Of a stretch of 64,000 nt of DNA, positions 49,794-58,376 are shown in pieces (within the stretch, counting starts at the first letter, position 1; each line of letters starts with the position of its first letter). The DNA is from Candidatus Velthaea sp. (GTDB lineage: Bacteria; Vulcanimicrobiota; Vulcanimicrobiia; Vulcanimicrobiales; Vulcanimicrobiaceae), in the NCBI GenBank assembly GCA_965214935.1, contig CBDCCS010000010.1, forward strand, positions 160,001-224,000. The letters are read 5' to 3'. The notes under the pieces were generated by a model. The model was not told the origin of the DNA. It did not search any database and saw only the letters and a list, made by a program, of their open reading frames with translations. The position numbers were made by a program, and so were the translations under genes.

Positions 49794-50472
49794 GCAGGCT
49801 CGAAACGGCGACTCCGCGGCTCGACGAAGCGTGGATGAAGCGGCTGTGTCCGAGATAAATGCCGACATGCGAAACGCCCGGCGCATAGGTATGAAAAAAC
49901 ACCAGATCGCCCGCCGTCAACGGCGACCGGATGCGACGTGCAACGTCGAACTGCGCATCGGCCGTCCGCGGTAAGTGCAGTCCGTGCAGAGCGAAAACGT
50001 GCTGGACGTAGCCCGAGCAGTCGAAGCCCGTAGCGCGCGTACCGCCGAACACATACGGCACGCCGATGAAACGCATTGCGCTGCGCGTCAAGCTCGAAGC
50101 GATCGCCGAAGTGCGGCTGGCAATGCTGCCGGCAAACCGGCGCAGCCGGCTTAACGGCTTACGGTCGGCGTTGGCCGGGATCAGCGTCGATCGTAGCGGT
50201 GCGATCACCGGGACGAATGCAGCGCCCAAGGTCATATCCGCCGGTCTGCCGGCCGAATCGGCTGCCGTCGCCGCAATCGGAACCGCAGCGCCCGCATCAC
50301 CGGCGCTGCTCGAAACGTCCGGCGTCAATCCGGCTTGCGTTCCGGCCGACTGCGCCGCGGTACCCGCAGCTTGATCGCTATTGGGGAGAGCCGGATCGCC
50401 GGCGAAAGCAATGGTCCAACTGCCGAGCGTTAGAGAAAATGCAAAAAAACCAGTGAGTATGGAACGATGCAC
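49738..50472 (-). CDS. Secreted NlpC/P60 (C40) peptidoglycan peptidase
   Basis: Signal peptide; GVPYVFGG, FDCSG, GDLVFF, HVGIY, FIHAS; AGGAG RBS before GTG. Confidence 0.93.
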   Translation of the reverse strand: MHRSILTGFFAFSLTLGSWTIAFAGDPALPNSDQAAGTAAQSAGTQAGLTPDVSSSAGDAGAAVPIAATAADSAGRPADMTLGAAFVPVIAPLRSTLIPANADRKPLSRLRRFAGSIASRTSAIASSLTRSAMRFIGVPYVFGGTRATGFDCSGYVQHVFALHGLHLPRTADAQFDVARRIRSPLTAGDLVFFHTYAPGVSHVGIYLGHSRFIHASSSRGVAVSSLHDRYWAPRYVGAKRVVGS

Positions 50473-50489
50473 GAACTGCTCCTCTTCCC

Positions 50490-50631
50490 AACACCTACGG
50501 GGTTAGTTGACGGATTAGGACGGAAAGAATCGCCCTCGGACCGACCGGCCCGTTCACCCCACGCAGGCGTGCCCAGCAACGCGCTACGACCTGGTTCCCC
50601 CGCTCCGGTTCTGCAACCGAACTCGGTGACA
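50490..50631 (-). ncRNA. c-di-AMP (ydaO/yuaA) riboswitch
   Basis: Minus strand: CACCGAG...GGGGGAACCA...GGGGTGAA...AGGGCGA...TCCTAATCCGTCAACTAACCCCGTAGGTG, matching the conserved ydaO-yuaA blocks; sits in the leader of a cell-wall hydrolase, a typical target class. Confidence 0.9.
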
Positions 50632-50705
50632 AATAACAGAAACGTCCGACGTCCGGCAGTTGAAACAACCGCCGTCGTCATGAGGTAAGCCTCACGGCCA
50701 CCTAC

Positions 50706-52139
50706 TTATGTCGGTTCTTCGGTCTTCTCCTGTAAGGCGCTTGACGAAGTTCGAACAAACGAAACATCGTGCATCGATCGTTGTGCGACGCTGGTTTCGG
50801 CCCGAATAACTGCTGCAATCCGTTCGGCTAAATAAATAACGGTCGGTTCGTGGGCGCCCTCGATCATCACGCGAATCAACGGCTCGGTGCCTGATGCGCG
50901 TACCAGCACGCGACCCGCTCCGCGCAACTCTGCTTCCGCTGCACTGACCGCTGCGCGAATGCGTTCGCTCGATTCCAGCGCGTCCTTGCGATCGACGCGC
51001 ACGTTAATGAGGATTTGCGGAAAGACGGTTAATCCGGCGGCTAGTTCGCGCAAGGTGGTGCGTTCGCGAGCGACGATCGAGAAAAGCATGACCGCCGTCA
51101 TCGGACCGTCGCCCGTCGAGTTGTGCATCAGGTCGATGATGTGACCGGATTGCTCGCCGCCGAAGCGCAGACCGCCGCGGCGTAAAAGTTCGAGGACGTA
51201 GCGATCGCCGACGGCCGCGCGCACGAGCGCGATGTTTTTCGCGGCAAGCGCGCGTTCGAGGCCGATGTTGCTCATGACCGTTCCGACAACGGTATCGCCG
51301 GGCAGTGCTTCGCGCGATTTAAGATCGGCAGCGATGACGAGCATCGTATGATCGCCGCTTAATAACGCGCCGCTTTCATCGACGAACAGCGCGCGATCCG
51401 CATCGCCGTCGAAAGCAACGCCGACGACGGGACCGGTGTGTCGTGCCGCTTGCGCTTTCACGGCTTGCGCGACGGTCGTCAAATGGGTTGCACCGCAGCG
51501 AACGTTGATGCGCGTGCCGTCATCTTCGGCGTTGATTGCGATGACGTCGGCGCCGAGCCGCGCGAGAGCGCGCGGTCCGACATCCCAGGCGGCACCGAAT
51601 GCCGTATCGACGACGATCGTCATTCCGCTCAGATCGCTGCCTGCTTCGACGAGCGTCGTAAAGTAACGCTCGATCAATTCCGGACGCGCGTACGCTCGCC
51701 CGACGCCGGTATGCGTCGGGCGCGGTATCTCGCGCGGTTCGTTCAACTGCGCTTCGATTGCGTCTTCGACCGAATCCGATAGCTTGAATCCGTCCGCTCC
51801 GAAGAACTTAATCCCGTTATCTTCGACCGGATTGTGCGACGCGGAAATCATGACGCCGGCGGCGGCGCCGAGCAGTGTAGTCAACGCGGCAACACCCGGC
51901 GTCGGTATTACCCCGGCTTGCACGACATCGCGACCCGTCGACGTGATCCCCGCGACGATGGCCGCTTCGAGCATCGTCCCTGAAACGCGTGTATCGCGGC
52001 CGACGACGATCGGTTCGGTTGCTGCGCGTTCGCGCGCGACGACCGCCGCGCCGGCGCGTCCGATATCGAAAGCAAGTTCGGGCGTGAGCCCGGCATTGGC
52101 AACGCCGCGCACGCCGTCCGTTCCGAAAAGTCGGGCCAC
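50706..52139 (-). CDS. glmM: Phosphoglucosamine mutase
   Basis: LFGTDGVRG, ISASHNP, DGDADR, GGEQSGH, RASGTEP. Confidence 0.96.
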   Translation of the reverse strand: MARLFGTDGVRGVANAGLTPELAFDIGRAGAAVVARERAATEPIVVGRDTRVSGTMLEAAIVAGITSTGRDVVQAGVIPTPGVAALTTLLGAAAGVMISASHNPVEDNGIKFFGADGFKLSDSVEDAIEAQLNEPREIPRPTHTGVGRAYARPELIERYFTTLVEAGSDLSGMTIVVDTAFGAAWDVGPRALARLGADVIAINAEDDGTRINVRCGATHLTTVAQAVKAQAARHTGPVVGVAFDGDADRALFVDESGALLSGDHTMLVIAADLKSREALPGDTVVGTVMSNIGLERALAAKNIALVRAAVGDRYVLELLRRGGLRFGGEQSGHIIDLMHNSTGDGPMTAVMLFSIVARERTTLRELAAGLTVFPQILINVRVDRKDALESSERIRAAVSAAEAELRGAGRVLVRASGTEPLIRVMIEGAHEPTVIYLAERIAAVIRAETSVAQRSMHDVSFVRTSSSALQEKTEEPT

Positions 52140-52142
52140 CGC

Positions 52143-52814
52143 TTAGTTTGCTTTGCCCGTCGAAGGCACGAACCGAGCGCGGACGCGAACGAGATTCGGT
52201 GAAATTTGAACGGCGGTGACGTCTTCGCCCGCTGCCGTCGTGGCGACCGGTCGAATCATCGCATCGAGATTGGCCGGCTTGGGCGGTAAGAGAATGCCGA
52301 CGCGTACGGCGTTGACTCGAGCCAAATCGGTTGCAATGCCGCGCAACGTTACGAGCGACGGATCGACTCCGGCCGACTCGACGACGATGCCGCGAGCGTC
52401 GCCGCCGTACGCTATGCCGACCGGCACCGTTCGCTCTTCAAGCCGGTCGAGGCTCAGGGTAACCGAGGCCGGAGTGAGCGACCGGATCTGCAAATCGGGC
52501 GCAATGATTTGCACCGGCACGTTGAAGACGCCGGGATCCGGATTGGCGCCGAGATTCAACACCGCGCCGACTTGGTCGGGCCGGACCGGCGTTGCGTTGC
52601 GCGTCGTATCGATGGTCACCACGGCAAACTTATCGGTGTAATGCGCAACGTAGCCGGGCCGTAGACCGGTAACGACGATCGGCACACTCAACTGCTGATC
52701 GAAACGCGCGCTGATGATCGGACTTGCGGAAAACCGGAAATAGGCCCAAGCAGCAACGGCGAGAACGAAAGCGAATGCTTTAAGTGGGAAGTTTCGGCGA
52801 ACGATCGACAGCAC
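52143..52814 (-). CDS. cdaR: CdaR (YbbR-domain) diadenylate cyclase regulator
   Basis: N..LK..A..LA...W membrane anchor, beta-rich repeats (P..V.L.G); lies between cdaA and glmM. Confidence 0.85.
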   Translation of the reverse strand: MLSIVRRNFPLKAFAFVLAVAAWAYFRFSASPIISARFDQQLSVPIVVTGLRPGYVAHYTDKFAVVTIDTTRNATPVRPDQVGAVLNLGANPDPGVFNVPVQIIAPDLQIRSLTPASVTLSLDRLEERTVPVGIAYGGDARGIVVESAGVDPSLVTLRGIATDLARVNAVRVGILLPPKPANLDAMIRPVATTAAGEDVTAVQISPNLVRVRARFVPSTGKAN

Positions 52815-53652
52815 GTGGAATTCGATTGAGCAGATTGGCCAAGAGCGGACTTACCGCCTGGCGCGGGCGTCGCGGCGGACGAACGATGGCGCCGAGCACT
52901 TTGGTCAGCCGCTCCTCGCCGTCGATGCGGACCGACAGACGGCCGGCGCGGGCGACGGAAACTGCACCGGTCTCCTCGGACACGACGACGACCACCGCGT
53001 CGGTTTGCTCGGTAACGCCGATTGCGGCGCGATGTCGCGTCCCGGTATGACGTTCGGCGCTAACTTTATTTTCGGATAGCGGTAAAAAACACGCGGCACC
53101 TTCGATGGTCGTATTGCGAACGATTGCAGCGCCGTCGTGCAGCGGCGACGTCTTGTTGAAGATTGCTACGAGCAACTCGAGAGAAAGCCGGGCGTCGAGT
53201 GCCGTTCCGCTTTCGACGTATTCGCGTAAACCGGTCTGCTGTTCGATAACGATGAGTGCCCCGACGCGCTGTTGCGCAAGCACGAATGCCGCCTGTGCGA
53301 CGACCGTTACTTGACGAGCGGCGATCTCGTCATCGGTCTCACCGGCCGGACGAGAAAAAAGCCGGCCGCGCCCGAGTTGCTCGAGACCGCGCCGTAATTC
53401 GGGCTGGAACACGACGGGTAGCGTCACGGCGGTACCTAAGAGCAGGTACTGCATGACGGTCGCCAGCACGAGCAAGTGGAACACATTCGACAGCGCTAAA
53501 ATAACGACGAGCACGAAGAGCCCGAGCATGATTTGAACCGCCCGCGTGCCACGAATGAGGAGCAACAAGTAATACGCCAGGACCGACGTCGCGAGAATAT
53601 CGGCCGCATCGCTGATACCGAACGGAATCGACGTCAAGCCGGCGGGGATCAC
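52780..53652 (-). CDS. cdaA: Diadenylate cyclase CdaA/DacA
   Basis: Three N-terminal TM helices, FQPELRR.LE, PLHDGA, GTRHRAA, VSEETG. Confidence 0.95.
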   Translation of the reverse strand: MIPAGLTSIPFGISDAADILATSVLAYYLLLLIRGTRAVQIMLGLFVLVVILALSNVFHLLVLATVMQYLLLGTAVTLPVVFQPELRRGLEQLGRGRLFSRPAGETDDEIAARQVTVVAQAAFVLAQQRVGALIVIEQQTGLREYVESGTALDARLSLELLVAIFNKTSPLHDGAAIVRNTTIEGAACFLPLSENKVSAERHTGTRHRAAIGVTEQTDAVVVVVSEETGAVSVARAGRLSVRIDGEERLTKVLGAIVRPPRRPRQAVSPLLANLLNRIPRAVDRSPKLPT

Positions 53653-53957
53653 GGCAGATACGTTTCGATAACATGCGCGGCGCTTAGTGCCGGTTCAGCC
53701 AAACCGCGCGCCGCAATCGAAACCAGTTCGGCATCGTCGAGCGGCGCTGCGGCTTGCGGAACGAACGACCGGGAGACCGCGATCAGCAAGTCGATCAACC
53801 GGCTCGCGGTGCGTTCATCATCGAACGTAATGCAAACGGTCGTACCGCGTTGCAAGCAAGAAACGACGCCCGCCGGCGCACCACGGCCGCCGAGGGTCTC
53901 CATCATGTTAGCGCGCGCGGATGCTTCGGCGACAACGACGGTTCGGACGGTAATCAC
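53649..53957 (-). CDS. Hypothetical 102-aa protein translationally coupled to cdaA
   Basis: GTGA overlap with the cdaA start; fills the gap up to the divergent rsgA. Confidence 0.7.
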   Translation of the reverse strand: MITVRTVVVAEASARANMMETLGGRGAPAGVVSCLQRGTTVCITFDDERTASRLIDLLIAVSRSFVPQAAAPLDDAELVSIAARGLAEPALSAAHVIETYLP

Positions 53958-53981
53958 GGTTTACGCGACGTTCGCAACGGA

Positions 53982-54869
53982 GTGAGTGAAGTCCGCCGGG
54001 CTCGCGTCATCGCCGTCGGACGCAACGCTGCTTGGGTTGTTTTCAGCGATGAGATCGAGCCGCGTTTAGTTAATTTTCGCAAGAAAGCACGTCATCCGAT
54101 GGTCGTACCCGGCGACATGATCGAAGCGGCGCCCGACCTTGAAGCGGACCACATCGTCATCGATGCGGTCGTCCCGCGTACGTTTGCACTCGAACGGCGA
54201 ACGTCGGGCGGACGGCTCAAGACGATGGCCGCCAACATCAACACGCTCGCCATCGTTGCTGCGTTGATCGATCCGCCGCTGCGGCTATCGCTCATTGACC
54301 GGCTCGTTGCATTTGCCGTTTTGCATGGCCTCGAGCCGGTGCTGCTACTGACGAAAGCCGACTTAGCCGGTGAAACTTTCGCTCGGCAGATCGCCGGCAT
54401 CTACGTTGCCATCGGCGTACCGGTGCTTCTCCTCGTGCCCAAAGCCGGTCGCGGCATCGCCGATCTGCAGGCGCTCGTTGCGGCTCGCGCCGTGATGCTC
54501 ATCGGTCAGTCGGGCGTCGGCAAAAGCTCGATCTTCCGTGCCCTCGGCGGGAGCGGGATCGTCGGCGATCTGACCCGGTTCGGTCGCGGACGCCAAACGA
54601 CAACGTCGGCGCGGCTGTTTCGAATGGGTGACGGCTTCCTCATCGACAGCCCCGGTATCGGCGAATTCACGCTCGAAGCGTTGCCGGCGATCGAGTTGGC
54701 CGCGCTGTTCGTCGAGATGCGCGAACCGGGGCGGACGTGCCGCTTTTCCGATTGCGCGCATTTGTGCGAGCCGGGCTGCAACATCCGAGCCGCAGTAGCC
54801 GCCGGAACGATCGCGCCCAGCCGCTACGCCAGCTACCGCGAAATTCTTAGCGGTGAATCGCCCGCTTAG
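53982..54869 (+). CDS. rsgA: Ribosome small subunit-dependent GTPase A
   Basis: TKADL, GQSGVGKSS, GRQTTT, DSPG, CRFSDCAH..EPGC. Confidence 0.93.
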   Translation: MSEVRRARVIAVGRNAAWVVFSDEIEPRLVNFRKKARHPMVVPGDMIEAAPDLEADHIVIDAVVPRTFALERRTSGGRLKTMAANINTLAIVAALIDPPLRLSLIDRLVAFAVLHGLEPVLLLTKADLAGETFARQIAGIYVAIGVPVLLLVPKAGRGIADLQALVAARAVMLIGQSGVGKSSIFRALGGSGIVGDLTRFGRGRQTTTSARLFRMGDGFLIDSPGIGEFTLEALPAIELAALFVEMREPGRTCRFSDCAHLCEPGCNIRAAVAAGTIAPSRYASYREILSGESPA

Positions 54870-55004
54870 CATCAAGGGCATGCCGCGCTCGCTCGATCCG
54901 GATGGAGCCGGTATGCTACATTACGTGGGGGCCATATTTTGGGTAAGCTAGCCGGGAAAAGCGCTCCGTTACACGAGCGTTGCAAATTATTTTGTGGAGG
55001 ATTT

Positions 55005-55523
55005 ATGAAAATACGTTCGTTCAACCGGTTTGCGCTCTGCGCGGCGCTTGTCATTGCACTCGTAAGCGGCTTCGCCCGGCCGTCGAATGCGTTTCTCGAT
55101 AAGACGCGCTTCGCCGCTCATCTCGGCGTTGCATATTTTTGCTTCCATCATTGGGTTCTCGGGCCGGTACAGCACGGCGCTTTCGCCAACGGCGCGCCGC
55201 ATCGAACCGCATCGATCGTCAAAGGCGGCGCCGCATTGCTTTTTGCCGTGCATGAAGTCAAAGTGTCCGAGAAGATTGCCCGCAACAGCAATAGTCCGAT
55301 CCTGCACAAGCTCGACGGCAAACTCGTCGGCTTAGCTGCGACGTTCGCCGCGGTCGGCACCAGCCTCAAAGCGGGCCATTTCGACCCCAATGACGTTAAA
55401 GGCCTTGGTTCTTCAGCGGACTCGGTGAGTTCGGACGCAGCGGCCGCCGGCCAGCCGATCAAAGACGTCCCGATCCCCGATGTCGGCAGTCCGAGCGCCG
55501 ACACCGACGATTCATCAAAGTAA
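55005..55523 (+). CDS. Secreted hypothetical protein
   Basis: GGAGG RBS, signal peptide ending SNA; helical mature region with several His. Confidence 0.75.
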   Translation: MKIRSFNRFALCAALVIALVSGFARPSNAFLDKTRFAAHLGVAYFCFHHWVLGPVQHGAFANGAPHRTASIVKGGAALLFAVHEVKVSEKIARNSNSPILHKLDGKLVGLAATFAAVGTSLKAGHFDPNDVKGLGSSADSVSSDAAAAGQPIKDVPIPDVGSPSADTDDSSK

Positions 55524-55639
55524 GACCGTCGCGCGCGCGGTCGTCCGGCTGGCGCACCGCGCGCATCTGTGGTAGTCTGAGCTTTGTGCCCCGCGGCGGA
55601 ACGCCCGGGTAGCGACCTCGACCGCCACGGAGCCTAGCC

Positions 55640-55945
55640 TTGCCGAATATCAAAGCCGCAATAAAGTGGACGCTGCAGACGCAAAAGCGGACGAAGCGAA
55701 ATCTGGATGTGAAAACTCGCCTCAAGACGCTGTTCAAAAAGGCGAAAGCCGGAACGGCCGAGGCATCTTCAGTCGAATCGCAGTTCGACAAAGCCGCGCA
55801 AAAAGGCATCATTCATCCGAATAAAGCCGCGCGTAAGAAATCACGTTTAGTCAAAGCCGTGCGCGTTGCGGCTGCCGCTACCGCCGCTGCGGCTGCTGCA
55901 CCGCCGAAAGCGGCGCGTGCCAAGGGCAGCGCAAAGAAAAAGTAG
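55640..55945 (+). CDS. rpsT: 30S ribosomal protein S20
   Basis: MPNIKAAIK...DKAAQKGIIHPNKAARKKSRL; TTG start; Ala/Lys-rich C-terminal tail. Confidence 0.95.
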   Translation: MPNIKAAIKWTLQTQKRTKRNLDVKTRLKTLFKKAKAGTAEASSVESQFDKAAQKGIIHPNKAARKKSRLVKAVRVAAAATAAAAAAPPKAARAKGSAKKK

Positions 55946-55949
55946 CGCC

Positions 55950-55970
55950 GGCCGGTGCGCCGCACCGGTC
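55950..55970. terminator. GC-rich hairpin between convergent rpsT and priA
   Basis: GGCCGGTGC-gcc-GCACCGGTC; no clear U-tract. Confidence 0.35.
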
Positions 55971-55985
55971 TGCTCGCCGGGCCGT

Positions 55986-58376
55986 TCACGGATCGACGTT
56001 GATGACGATCCGGGTCTCCCGTTGCGTTTGCGCCGGAGCGATGACGTTCGCGCGCAGCGCCGCCGCGAGCGCCGGCTTATCGCGCGTTTTAATCGCAAGC
56101 CGGTAGCGCCACTCGTCGTTGAGCCGGGCGACGGGATAGGGCGCCGGACCGAGAACAGTCCACCGTTCGTCACCGCCAAGCGCCGCGGCATACGTGTCGA
56201 TCGCGCACTGCACCGCCGCCTCGTTCCGGCCGATGACCCCGAGATAGACCAATTGCGTGTACGGCGGCCACTGGGACGCACGCCGGTCGCGTAATTCGGC
56301 GGCGGCAAAACCGTCGTAGTCGTGGGCCGCGGCAAAGCGGATCGCCGGATGCCCGGGGCTGTACGTTTGAATGAACGCCTCGCCCGCCCGTGCCCGGCCG
56401 CTGCGCCCGCACACTTGCGCGATGAGGCTAAAGGTTCGCTCGGCGGCACGAAAGTCGGCGACGTGCAAATCAAGATCGGCGGCAATTGCACCGACGAGCG
56501 TAACGCTGGGAAAATCGAGTCCTTTGGCAACCATCTGCGTTCCGACGAGAACGTCGCCGGCCGCGGCGAACCGATCGAGCAGCCGCGCGTGATCGCCCGT
56601 ACGCGTCGTCGTGTCGGAATCCATGCGCACGATAACGGCGGCCGGATAGAGCGATTCGAGTTCTTGCACGACGCGTTGCGTGCCGACGCCGAACTCGCGA
56701 ATCGGGCCGTTGCCGCAGTTCGTGCAGCGCTCGGGCAACGCGCGCTGTGCATCGCAATAATGACAACGCAGCACGGCGTGGGCGTGATGCGCGGTTAGCG
56801 AGACCGAACAGCGGGCACATTGCGGCACGTGACCGCACGCGCGGCACAGCACGAAACGCGCACTGCCTCGCCGGTTGACGAACAGTACCGTCTTCTCGCC
56901 GCGTTGTAGCCGCGCGCCCAGCGCTTCGAGCAGCGCCGTGCTGAAGATGCGCCGATTACCGGCGTCGAATTCGGCGCTCATGTCGATGATGCGCGTTGCC
57001 GGCAACGGCTGTCCGGTGGCGCGCTCCGACATGCGCACGAGCTGAAAACGGCCGGCGCGGGCACGCGCGTAATCTTCGAGCGCCGGTGTCGCACTGCCGA
57101 GGACGACGGCGCCGCCGGCCCGGCGCATGCGCTCGCGTGCAACGTCGACGGCATTGTAACGCGGCACGGAATCTTGTTTGTATGACGATTCGTGCGCTTC
57201 GTCAACGACGATGAGACGGACGTCCGGTAAGGGCGCGAAGACGGCGCTGCGCGCGCCGACGATAACGGCAATTTCCCCCCGCGCCGCGGCCTGCCAAACA
57301 TCGAAGCGTTCGCGGTCGGACAATGCGGAATGTAAGATCGCGACGCGCTCTCCGAAGGCGTCGGTGAATCGGCGCGCCGTTTGCGGGGTGAGTGCGATTT
57401 CCGGCACGAGGACGATCGCGCGTCCGCCGGCTGCGATGACATGCGCGATGGCCGCGAGATAGACGTACGTTTTGCCGCTGCCGGTGACGCCGTGCACGAG
57501 CACTTGACCGAACGCGGCGGCCGCGACAAGTTCATCGATGGCCGCGATGGCCGCGAGCTGTTCGGCGGTCGGCGTAACGTCGGGCAGCGTCGTACGCGCA
57601 CTGCGTTCGGCATGCACCACGCGTTGCGTTTCAATCAGCGCGCCGGCACCGCTCAGGCGCCGGATCATCGCGTCGGAGAACCCTGCCAGCAGCGCTTCGC
57701 TGCGGCGCACCTCCCCGCGTTCGCGCACGAAAGCCACGAGTGCGGCGGCTTTTTTTCCAGCAATAGGGACATCCGCCGCGGCTAAGAAGCGGGTCGATCG
57801 ATCGGTCAGACGGGCAAACTCGAACGTTCGGCGGCGCTCGATTGCCGCACCGCCGGTCAGCGTTCGCAAGTAGCCCAAGACGATCGCCCGGTCGCCGATG
57901 CGGCGCACTTCGGGATGCCGTACGAAGGCTTCAAGCGTGAAACCTTGGTGCAAGTCGTCCCAAATGAAAGCGATGAGCCGCGCCGGGACGCGACTGAAGC
58001 GTTCGGCCGGTGGACGCCGTTCGATCGGATAGAAGCGGTCGATCGCACGCGGCAAGGCCGCGTTGAGCGTCAAAGCGCTCAAGGCTGCACCGAGCGAGCA
58101 AAGATAGGTCTGCGCGATCCAGCCGGCAAGTTCGAGACCGGCTACATCGAAGGCGCGCGGTGCCTGCGTAAGCGCTGCGATCTCGCGTAAAGCCGGCGCC
58201 GACTCGCTAAGCGGGCGCGGCTCGGAGACGACGAAACCGAACACTTCGCGCGGTCCGAGCGGAACCCGAACGGTATCGCCGAGTGTGACGTCGAGTGCCG
58301 CGGGGATGAGATATGTAAGCGGGCGATCGAAGCGGGCGGTTTTCATCTGCGCGAGGACGTCGACAACGCGGATCAG
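55986..58376 (-). CDS. priA: Primosomal protein N' (replication restart helicase), probable CTG start
   Basis: GVTGSGKT, LVPEIALT, DEAH, four CxxC pairs, GTQMVAKGLDF, GRSGR, VDP end; frame extends from ATG 58346 to CTG 58376 (IRVVDV). Confidence 0.94.
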   Translation of the reverse strand: MIRVVDVLAQMKTARFDRPLTYLIPAALDVTLGDTVRVPLGPREVFGFVVSEPRPLSESAPALREIAALTQAPRAFDVAGLELAGWIAQTYLCSLGAALSALTLNAALPRAIDRFYPIERRPPAERFSRVPARLIAFIWDDLHQGFTLEAFVRHPEVRRIGDRAIVLGYLRTLTGGAAIERRRTFEFARLTDRSTRFLAAADVPIAGKKAAALVAFVRERGEVRRSEALLAGFSDAMIRRLSGAGALIETQRVVHAERSARTTLPDVTPTAEQLAAIAAIDELVAAAAFGQVLVHGVTGSGKTYVYLAAIAHVIAAGGRAIVLVPEIALTPQTARRFTDAFGERVAILHSALSDRERFDVWQAAARGEIAVIVGARSAVFAPLPDVRLIVVDEAHESSYKQDSVPRYNAVDVARERMRRAGGAVVLGSATPALEDYARARAGRFQLVRMSERATGQPLPATRIIDMSAEFDAGNRRIFSTALLEALGARLQRGEKTVLFVNRRGSARFVLCRACGHVPQCARCSVSLTAHHAHAVLRCHYCDAQRALPERCTNCGNGPIREFGVGTQRVVQELESLYPAAVIVRMDSDTTTRTGDHARLLDRFAAAGDVLVGTQMVAKGLDFPSVTLVGAIAADLDLHVADFRAAERTFSLIAQVCGRSGRARAGEAFIQTYSPGHPAIRFAAAHDYDGFAAAELRDRRASQWPPYTQLVYLGVIGRNEAAVQCAIDTYAAALGGDERWTVLGPAPYPVARLNDEWRYRLAIKTRDKPALAAALRANVIAPAQTQRETRIVINVDP

